From a virus (lineage: Duplodnaviria; Caudoviricetes), in the IMG/VR virus record IMGVR_UViG_3300042483_000388: DNA of 64,000 bases, one strand, 5' to 3'. Below the pieces are notes generated by a model. That model had not been told where the DNA came from. It did not search any database and saw only the letters and a program-made list of their open reading frames with translations. Of this stretch, positions 19,402 to 27,900 are shown piece after piece (the stretch's first letter is position 1; the number at the start of each line of letters is the position of its first letter). Made by a program: the position numbers and the translations under genes.

Positions 19402-21261
19402 ATGGACGTTTCACAAAGAATACTGAGTGACATTACAGTGTATATGAAATACGCTAAATTTGTTCCCGAACTTAATAGACGGGAAACATGGGAAGAATTA
19501 GTTACACGAAATAAGGATATGCATATTAAGAAATACCCACATATTAAAAACGATATTGAGGAAGTATACAAAATGGTGTATGATAAGAAAATTCTTCCAT
19601 CAATGAGATCCTTACAATTTGGGGGTAAGTCGATTGAGATTTCACCAAATAGAATTTATAATTGTGCTTACACGCCAATTGACCACGTAGATTCTTTTTC
19701 TGAAACAATGTTCCTATTATTAGGTGGAACAGGTGTTGGATTCTCAGTTCAAAAACATCACGTTGAAAAACTACCTGAAATTAAAAGGCCAAACCCAACA
19801 AGAACAAGACGTTACCTAATTGGGGACTCTATTGAAGGATGGGCAGACTCAATTAAAGTGTTAATGGAATCTTATTTGGGATATAAATCATCAACTCCCA
19901 TATTTGACTTTTCAGATATTAGACAAAAAGGTGCGATGCTTGTAACATCTGGTGGTAAGGCTCCAGGACCTCAACCACTAAAAGATTGTATTCACAACAT
20001 TACAAAAGTTTTGGATTCTAAAAAAGATGGTGAAAGGTTAACACCAATAGAAACTCACGATATTATATGTCATATTGCTGATGCGGTATTAGCGGGCGGA
20101 ATTCGTAGAGCGGCACTCATTAGCTTATTTAGTGCAGATGATGAAGAAATGATTTCTTGTAAATCAGGAAATTGGTGGGAACAAAATCCACAAAGAGGTA
20201 GAGCAAATAACTCAGTAGTACTTCTTCGTCACAAAATAACTAAAGAATTCTTTATGGGTCTTTGGAAACGTATTGAGTTGTCAGGAGCGGGAGAACCGGG
20301 AATTTATTTATCAAACGATAAAGATTATGGAACTAATCCGTGTTGTGAAATTGCGCTACGACCAAATCAATTTTGTAATTTATGTGAAGTAAATGCGTCA
20401 GATATTGAATCACAAGAAGATCTTAATGAGAGAGTTAAGGGGGCGGCATTTATCGGAACATTACAAGCGGGATATACCGACTTCCATTACTTAAGAGATG
20501 TATGGAAAAGAACAACCGAGAAAGATGCTCTTATTGGTATCGGAATGACAGGCATTGGGTCTGGAGTTGTTTTAGGGTATGATATGAAAGAGGCCGCTAA
20601 GGTAGTGAACGAAGAAAACGAGAGAGTTGCCGAATTAATTGGTATTAATAAATCCGCAAGATCAACCACCGTTAAACCATCAGGAACCTCATCTTTGGTG
20701 TTAGGAACATCTTCTGGTATTCACGCTTGGCATAATGATTACTACATCAGAAGAATCCGTGTTGGAAAAAACGAGTCTATATACCCTTACTTGTTAAATA
20801 ACCACCCCGAATTGGTTGAAGATGAATTTTTTAGACCTCACGATACTGCCGTTATTGGTATACCACAAAAAGCACCAAAAGGGGCTATAATAAGACATGA
20901 ATCCGTATTCCAAATGTTAGAACGTGTTAAGAAGGTAGCTCAAGAATGGGTTAGACCAGGACATAGAACGGGACAAAATACTCATAATGTATCGGCAACA
21001 GTTTCAATTAAAGAAGATGAATGGGATTTAGTTGGTGAATGGATGTGGGATAATCGAAAAGCATATAATGGATTGTCCGTATTACCTTATAATGGGGGAA
21101 CTTATACTCAAGCACCTTTTGAGGATTGTACGGAAGAGGATTTTGAAAGATTGGTTAAAACATTAAAAAATGTTGACCTTACAAAAATAACAGAACTTCA
21201 AGATAATACCGATTTGCGTGGAGAGATTGCTTGTGGGGCTAATGGGTGTGAAATTGCTTAA
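19402..21261 (+). CDS. nrdJ: Class II adenosylcobalamin-dependent ribonucleotide reductase (monomeric RTPR type)
   Basis: NCAY, GTGVGFS, GGIRRAA, TNPCCEI, TTVKPSGT and C-terminal CGANGC redox pair. Confidence 0.92.
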   Translation: MDVSQRILSDITVYMKYAKFVPELNRRETWEELVTRNKDMHIKKYPHIKNDIEEVYKMVYDKKILPSMRSLQFGGKSIEISPNRIYNCAYTPIDHVDSFSETMFLLLGGTGVGFSVQKHHVEKLPEIKRPNPTRTRRYLIGDSIEGWADSIKVLMESYLGYKSSTPIFDFSDIRQKGAMLVTSGGKAPGPQPLKDCIHNITKVLDSKKDGERLTPIETHDIICHIADAVLAGGIRRAALISLFSADDEEMISCKSGNWWEQNPQRGRANNSVVLLRHKITKEFFMGLWKRIELSGAGEPGIYLSNDKDYGTNPCCEIALRPNQFCNLCEVNASDIESQEDLNERVKGAAFIGTLQAGYTDFHYLRDVWKRTTEKDALIGIGMTGIGSGVVLGYDMKEAAKVVNEENERVAELIGINKSARSTTVKPSGTSSLVLGTSSGIHAWHNDYYIRRIRVGKNESIYPYLLNNHPELVEDEFFRPHDTAVIGIPQKAPKGAIIRHESVFQMLERVKKVAQEWVRPGHRTGQNTHNVSATVSIKEDEWDLVGEWMWDNRKAYNGLSVLPYNGGTYTQAPFEDCTEEDFERLVKTLKNVDLTKITELQDNTDLRGEIACGANGCEIA

Positions 21262-21263
21262 TA

Positions 21264-21494
21264 ATGAAAGTAAATTCATCAAACGATTGGATACAACAGT
21301 TATATGTTCAGGAGATAACAAAAAAGAAGTCTCCTGAACCTGACTTTTATAAAGATGATAATGGTAGATTTGTTATGACAGAATCATACCATATAAAAAG
21401 AGGAAGTTGTTGCGGATCAAAATGCAAACATTGCCCTTACGAACCTATTTATCAAAAAGGAAGTAAAAATATACAAGAATCACTAAGAAATTAG
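21264..21494 (+). CDS. Small Cys-rich protein, DUF5522-like
   Basis: KRGSCCGSKCKHCPY motif. Confidence 0.7.
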   Translation: MKVNSSNDWIQQLYVQEITKKKSPEPDFYKDDNGRFVMTESYHIKRGSCCGSKCKHCPYEPIYQKGSKNIQESLRN

Positions 21495-21508
21495 TGATTT
21501 TTTTTTTT
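21478..21508 (+). terminator. Rho-independent terminator ending the replication operon
   Basis: aatcactaa-gaaa-ttagtgatt plus a long T-tract. Confidence 0.85.
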
Positions 21509-21515
21509 AATGGTA

Positions 21516-21523
21516 TATTTATA
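21516..21523 (+). promoter_or_regulatory. TATTTATA putative late promoter
   Basis: Lies immediately after the terminator and before the ATG at 21540. Confidence 0.6.
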
Positions 21524-21539
21524 TGTAAATTAAAAAATT

Positions 21540-21884
21540 ATGAGAAGAACAATAAGATTAACAGAAAGAGATTTATCAAGATTAGTTAGACGAGCAATCC
21601 ATGAAATGGATGACCAATCTGAAATAGGAGGTAACTCCTCAACTAAAAGTGCAATGGACACTGTTAGTGAATTTTTAGAATCAAACGGTGGTGGTTTGGG
21701 ATCTAGAAATAACGACGATATTGAAAAAGATCTTCAGGCTTTAGAATATGCTATTCGAATAGAAAGAAATCAATTAGGTGTTAGCAATCAATCTGCAGGA
21801 TACAAAAATAGAAGTAATAATGAAGACGGTGGAATGGGAGATGAACAATTATCCGAAAGATATAATAAAAGAAGAAGAAATTAA
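21540..21884 (+). CDS. Small acidic protein with an N-terminal RLTERDLSRLVRR motif (candidate internal head protein)
   Basis: N-terminus is shared with the next gene; basic C-terminus. Confidence 0.6.
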   Translation: MRRTIRLTERDLSRLVRRAIHEMDDQSEIGGNSSTKSAMDTVSEFLESNGGGLGSRNNDDIEKDLQALEYAIRIERNQLGVSNQSAGYKNRSNNEDGGMGDEQLSERYNKRRRN

Positions 21885-21890
21885 AAAATT

Positions 21891-22439
21891 ATGGGAAAAA
21901 TTGTAAGATTAACAGAAAGAGATTTATCTAGACTTGTTAGACGGGTTATTAAAGAAGAAGAAGAACAAGATGAAATTGCTGGTAATGTTGAGTCAATTCT
22001 TAACAAACCTAAAGTTGAAATGAAAATTGAAGATATCTATTCTAATCTAAGTGATGACGAAAAAAGAAAACTTGAATCGTCTTTAAATGATTTGGGTATC
22101 AACGCATATACTTCACCAAAAGAAGCTCATGCCGCAGTTCAAAATGTAGCTGATAATATTGGTGGTGAAATGAGTGAAGGTGATGAGAATATGGATCCAA
22201 AAGAAAAAGTTGCCAATATTCTACACGGAATAGGAGAAGCAAATATTGCGGCTTGGGGTGGAGTTCCGGCAGCAATAGTAATTGGCGGTCTTTTAGCTGG
22301 AACTGTTGGAGCACCTATGATTGCGGGATTTGCAATTAGTTGGGGGGTTACCGCTTTATTAATGGGATTAGCAAAACTATTGGCTAAAGATAAATCTAAC
22401 ACTAATGAAAGTTATTATAGACGAAATAGAAGATACTAA
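21891..22439 (+). CDS. RLTERDLSRLVRR-motif protein with a Gly/Ala-rich hydrophobic hairpin
   Basis: Same N-terminus as the previous gene; two hydrophobic segments near the C-terminus. Confidence 0.6.
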   Translation: MGKIVRLTERDLSRLVRRVIKEEEEQDEIAGNVESILNKPKVEMKIEDIYSNLSDDEKRKLESSLNDLGINAYTSPKEAHAAVQNVADNIGGEMSEGDENMDPKEKVANILHGIGEANIAAWGGVPAAIVIGGLLAGTVGAPMIAGFAISWGVTALLMGLAKLLAKDKSNTNESYYRRNRRY

Positions 22440-22458
22440 AAAAAAGAAAAATATTATT

Positions 22459-22486
22459 AACCCTCCCCACAAAGGAGGGTTTTTTT
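22459..22486 (+). terminator. Rho-independent terminator
   Basis: aaccctcc-ccacaaa-ggagggtt plus a T-tract. Confidence 0.85.
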
Positions 22487-22522
22487 ATTTCTATAATTTT
22501 TACTTAAAAAAATACAACACTA

Positions 22523-22530
22523 TATTTATA
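22523..22530 (+). promoter_or_regulatory. TATTTATA putative late promoter
   Basis: Ends only 4 nt before the ATG at 22535. Confidence 0.55.
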
Positions 22531-22534
22531 GGAT

Positions 22535-22996
22535 ATGGCAAATAATGGTATTACATATGGTATAAATTTTCCTTTTGTTGATTCATTTGATGGTAGGTAT
22601 TTAGATGTTAATAACACAACTGAAGCTGAGATACGAAGTAACTTGGTTCATTTATTATTAACAAGAAAAGGATCAAGATATTTTTTACCTGATTTTGGTA
22701 GTAGATTATATGAATATATTTTTGAACCATTAGACGGGCCAACATTTTCTGATATAGAATCTGAAATTAGAGACTCTATTGGTAAATATATGCCAAATCT
22801 ACAAGTAACCACAATAACGGTAGAACCTGGATCTGCGGGTTTGGAAGATAAAGGTAATACTGTAAATAAATACGGAGAAAGGGAATTTAGGGTGACTAAC
22901 ATTAGTCAATTAGAGCACACCGCAAAAATAAAAATAGATTATAAAATTACAGATTCGGCATTTGAATCAAGTGATTTCATAATAATCAATATTTAA
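22535..22996 (+). CDS. Baseplate wedge subunit, gp25/GPW-like
   Basis: IRSNLVHLLLTRKGSRYFLPDFGSRLYEYIFEP...IRDSIGKYMPNL motif. Confidence 0.88.
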   Translation: MANNGITYGINFPFVDSFDGRYLDVNNTTEAEIRSNLVHLLLTRKGSRYFLPDFGSRLYEYIFEPLDGPTFSDIESEIRDSIGKYMPNLQVTTITVEPGSAGLEDKGNTVNKYGEREFRVTNISQLEHTAKIKIDYKITDSAFESSDFIIINI

Positions 22997-23002
22997 TATT
23001 AT

Positions 23003-24844
23003 ATGGCAGAAAAACAAATATCTTATACCGTAAGGGATTTTCAAGGTGTAAGGACGGAGTTAATTAATTTTACAAAAACTTATTACCCCGATTTAGTTCA
23101 AAACTTTAACGATGCGGGTATATTCTCGGTTATGTTGGATATGAACGCCGCTGTTACAGATAATCTAAACTTTCAAATAGATAGAAGTATACAAGAAACT
23201 GTATTACAATACGCTCAACAAAAATCTTCGGTTTATAATATAGCAAGAACGTATGGTTTAAAAGTTCCAGGACAAAGACCATCTGTTGCTTTAATTGATT
23301 TCTCAATTACGGTTCCGGCCTTTGGTGATAGAGAAGATTTAAGATATTGTGGGGTTTTAAGAAGGGGGTCACAAGTTAGTGGTGCTGGACAACCATTTGA
23401 AACGGTTTACGACATTGATTTTGCATCACCAATAAATGGTGATGGGGCACCAAATAGGGTTAAGGTTCCAAATTTTGATTCTAGTGGTAAATTAATTAAC
23501 TATACAATAACAAAAAGAGAAGTTGTTGTTAATGGTATCACAAAGGTATATAAGAGAGTAATTACACCTAATGATAATAGACCTTATATGGAATTGTTCT
23601 TACCTGAAAAAAATGTTTTAGGAATAACAAGTGTATTGTTAAAAAGTGGGACACAATACTCAACAATTCCACAACCGCAAGATTTTATTACGGTAGGTCC
23701 TGATAGATGGTTTGAGGTAGACGCCTTAGTTCAGGATAGGGTATTCATTGAAGACCCGACTAAAGTTTCGGATCAACCTGGTATTAAAGTTGGTAGATAT
23801 ATCTCAACATCGCAAAAATTTATTAGTGAGTATACCCCTGAAGGATTCTGTAAAATGACTTATGGTGGTGGTAATATTTCTGCTGAAGCTCAACTTAGAG
23901 AGTTTGCTCGTGACGGAAAAGGATTTGATTTAAGTAGATATACAAATAACTTAGCTTTAGGGGCTGCTTTACCCGTAAATACAACATTATTTGTTCAATA
24001 TAGAATTGGTGGTGGTTTGGGAAGTAATTTAGGTATAAATACAATAAACCAAATTGGTACCGTGTCATTTGCAATAAATGGACCATCTGATTCTGTAAAT
24101 AGAAGTGTTATTAATAGTTTAAGTTGTAATAATGTGACTGCGGCAATTGGGGGAGCTAACCCACCAACAACAGAAGATGTTAGAAACTTGGTTTCATTTA
24201 ACTTTGCCGCACAACACAGAGCTGTTACGGTAAATGATTATAATTCAATTATTAGAACAATGCCATCTCAGTTCGGAGCACCAGCAAAGGTTGCCATCAC
24301 TGAAGAAAATAATAAGATAACGATTAAAATGTTGTCTTACGATTTAAATGGTAGTTTATCAAATGTTGTTTCTAACACACTAAAACAAAATGTTGCGAAC
24401 TATCTGTCAAACTATAGAATGATAAACGATTATATATCGATACAAGCGGCCGAAACAATCGACTTAGTGGTTGATGTTGATGTTGTTTTGGATAATAGTC
24501 AAAATCAAGGATCTATTGTTGCAAAAGTTATTGATATTGTAACAACCTTTTTTAATCCTTTTGTTAGGCAATTGGGTGAAAATGTTAATATATCAGAACT
24601 AAAAAGGTTAGTCCAATCGGAAAATGGTATTGTAAGTGTATCTGATGTTAGATTCTTTAACCAAGTTGGAGGACAATATTCGTCAAGTCAAACATCAATG
24701 CCTTACTCTGATCCTGTAACAAAACAGATTCAACCAACTGCTGATACAATCTTTGCAACACCAACACAAATATACCAAATTAGATATCCAAATAAGGACA
24801 TTAACATAAGAGTTCTTAACCTAAAAACGGTAAACTTCTCTTAG
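23003..24844 (+). CDS. Baseplate wedge protein, T4 gp6/baseplate J-like
   Basis: RDFQGVRTELINF, VQYRIGGG..SN, GGANPPTTEDVR and RAVTVNDY motifs. Confidence 0.88.
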   Translation: MAEKQISYTVRDFQGVRTELINFTKTYYPDLVQNFNDAGIFSVMLDMNAAVTDNLNFQIDRSIQETVLQYAQQKSSVYNIARTYGLKVPGQRPSVALIDFSITVPAFGDREDLRYCGVLRRGSQVSGAGQPFETVYDIDFASPINGDGAPNRVKVPNFDSSGKLINYTITKREVVVNGITKVYKRVITPNDNRPYMELFLPEKNVLGITSVLLKSGTQYSTIPQPQDFITVGPDRWFEVDALVQDRVFIEDPTKVSDQPGIKVGRYISTSQKFISEYTPEGFCKMTYGGGNISAEAQLREFARDGKGFDLSRYTNNLALGAALPVNTTLFVQYRIGGGLGSNLGINTINQIGTVSFAINGPSDSVNRSVINSLSCNNVTAAIGGANPPTTEDVRNLVSFNFAAQHRAVTVNDYNSIIRTMPSQFGAPAKVAITEENNKITIKMLSYDLNGSLSNVVSNTLKQNVANYLSNYRMINDYISIQAAETIDLVVDVDVVLDNSQNQGSIVAKVIDIVTTFFNPFVRQLGENVNISELKRLVQSENGIVSVSDVRFFNQVGGQYSSSQTSMPYSDPVTKQIQPTADTIFATPTQIYQIRYPNKDINIRVLNLKTVNFS

Positions 24845-24894
24845 CGATTTATTTTTCTGAAAAGAAGATTATTTTTCTAAAATAGGAAATAAAC

Positions 24895-24902
24895 TATTTA
24901 TG
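24895..24902 (+). promoter_or_regulatory. TATTTATG putative late promoter
   Basis: Motif before the ATG at 24919. Confidence 0.5.
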
Positions 24903-24918
24903 AAAAAACGAGCATTTA

Positions 24919-27900
24919 ATGTCTAAATCATATAGAATAAGAACCCAAGTGGGGGTTGACAAATATATTAACCTTAACTTAGAACAAGATTGGGAACAAT
25001 TAGAGATACTTTCTTTAAAGATTCTTGGTAATGACGTATATACTCGTTTTTGTGCTGATTATGGGGTTGTTGTTGGTAGGGTTTTTGTTAATGGTGGTTA
25101 CGGATTACCAAATGCTAAGGTATCTGTGTTTATTCCATTGGATGATGCCGATTCGTTAAACCCATTTATTGCCGAACTTTATCCGTTTAAAACAATCGGA
25201 GATACAACTGAGGAGGGGTATAGATATAATCTATTGCCAAAATTACCATCATATAGGGGACATCAATCAACTGGATCATTTCCAAATAAGGGGGATGTAT
25301 TAATGGATTCTTCATATATTGAAGTTTTTGATAAATATTATCGTTTTACTGTTAAGACAAATGAAAGTGGTGACTTTATGATAATGGGTGTTCCAGTTGG
25401 AAACCAAACAATCGTAATGGACATTGACCTATCGGACATGGGGTGTTTTTCACTTTCACCACAAGATTTAATACAACAAGGTTTAGCGACAGAATCGCAA
25501 GTTGATGGTGCAACATTTAAAACCTCAACAAATCTTAGGGAATTACCACAAATTAAAAACTTGGTATTTGATGTGGATGTTCGTCCATTCTGGGGTGAAG
25601 CCGATCTTTGTCAGGTGGGTATTACCCGTGTTGATTTTGATTTAACAAAACAGGCAAATATTAACATACAACCCACATCTATATTTATGGGGTCAATCAT
25701 CTCAACAACCGATGATGATGCTCTTAAAGTAAGTTGTAAACCAAAAAACAATACAGGTAACTTATGTGAATTAGTTGCTGGTCCTGGTGAGGTGTTGGCA
25801 ATTAGACAAACCATAAATTCTGACTCATTGGGATTACCAATACTTGAACAATACTCATTTGAGGGAGGATCAAAAATTATTGATGCCGATGGAACATTTG
25901 TTGCGAATGTCCCAATGAATCTGGATTATATCTATACTAACGAATTTGGGGAACAAGCATTCTCAACTGACCCTAAAAAAGGAATACCAACAAAAGGAAA
26001 ATATAGGTTTAAATTCAAATGGCAAAATGAACAGGGACTACAAGGTAGTTTTTTAAGGGCTAACTTTTTAGTTCCTAACATTAAGGAACACGGTTGGGTT
26101 TCTTCAAATACTGACCCATTAAATCAATCAACAACAACATATAGTTATCCAACATTACCTGTTGGGACAACAAGTGGTAATACAATAGTGTTTGGATCAA
26201 CTATAGGGTTAGTACCACTAACAACTAATAACGTTGCCAGTTATCAGATATATATAAATGGTCAAATTTATTTGGGGACCATAGAGTCAATTACGGTACC
26301 GGCTGGACAAACATTCCAAATAGTTGCAACACCTATTGACCCATTACAACCTCAAACTTTAACATTTACACAATATCCACAAGCCTTATTCAGTCTTTTA
26401 AGGTCTTACGCTTTTAGTTTAGATTGGGATGACTATTATGACCCACAAGAAGCTATAAATTGTGAAGACACGTTTTATGAATTTAAATATAATAAAGTTT
26501 ATACAACCGCAATGTTCCTTGACCGATATAAAAATGGTATTGGTAGGGCAAGACACTTAGGAATTAAGGAAATTGATAATAGAACGTGTAAATCAAATGT
26601 TAACACGTTCCCTGTTAATGACATAATTAGAAATTTTGATTTTATATTCTTCGTATTCAACATATTAATTAATATACTAACTTTTCCAATATTAACGCTT
26701 TTATTTGTCGCGCATTTAATTGCATTTATGTGGCCTATATTAAAATACCTTCTTATTGTGTTAGGTATTTTTTTAACTTATGATGCTGTTGTGTCGGGAC
26801 TTGAGGCAATCCAAACAGGACTTGCGGCGATAAATGATGCGTTAGGGGTACTTAGTGTTGGACTTGGGGTTGTCGTTAATGCGGGTTTGTTAGCCGAAAC
26901 AATAAGGAATTTATTATGGGGAATTGCTCAGATTGCCATTGCGGCGTTTAAAATAGCATTAGCCGCGGCATTTACCGCATTTGCAGTACTTGCTGCGATT
27001 AAAGTTAAAGGATTCCCAAGAATTGGTCTACCGATGATTTCATATCCTGATTGTACAAGTTGTGATTGTGATTGTGGAAATGCCGAATTAGATGATGATT
27101 TTGATACAAATAGTGTGCAACAATCTATAGATGCCGCCGCACAATCAACCTCTAGTGGGGCGTATAATTTAACTTTGGTACCAGCAAATAGTGTGATCGC
27201 ACCTGTCAACTCTGCTGGTTCGTATAATATAGATCACCCAAATTTAATTTGGACTACAGTTAATGGTGATCCTGACGATGATCCATTTGATTGTGGTCCT
27301 GGTTTTAATGGAAATTTTAAATCATTTGCAACAATAATTGGAGATCAGGACTTAGCTGTTGAAATTGCCGTAAGAGCTACTTTAGATTTTAAACGAGTAA
27401 TATCGGGATATGATGTTTTAAGTTCTACAGACCCTAATAGATACACAAATGATGAGTCGTTATTATTACATGCACCTCAACCATTCTTATGGGCGGCTGA
27501 TAAAGAATTAGGTGATAATACCCCTGATAGACGATTTTTTGCGTATCCACTTACAGATACATTCCCTCAGAAATTAAATGAGTTTAATTTAAGAAATAAA
27601 TATTTTACAGGTGTTAATAGAATACAGACAACTGTTAACCCACAGATTCCTGGATCTCAACCATTTTTAGATCAAGTTGTTGTTATCTTAATGAAACAAG
27701 GAACCACATCACAATTAGGTATTGGAGGACTATGTAGTTTCCAAGACCCTAATTATACTGACGTTGGGTCATCTAATAGGTTAATTAACTTAACTGGTGC
27801 AACACTTAATCAATTTGGAACCAACTCAATCACAGGGACAACAGTAACAGGTAGTTCAATACCGATTGTTATACAATATGCGAACCCAGCAGATCCAAAC

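Noticed and set aside
17986-21261. Inteins or group I introns in the helicase or NrdJ
   Set aside because: Lengths and motif spacing are normal; no splice-junction motifs or homing endonuclease ORFs were seen.
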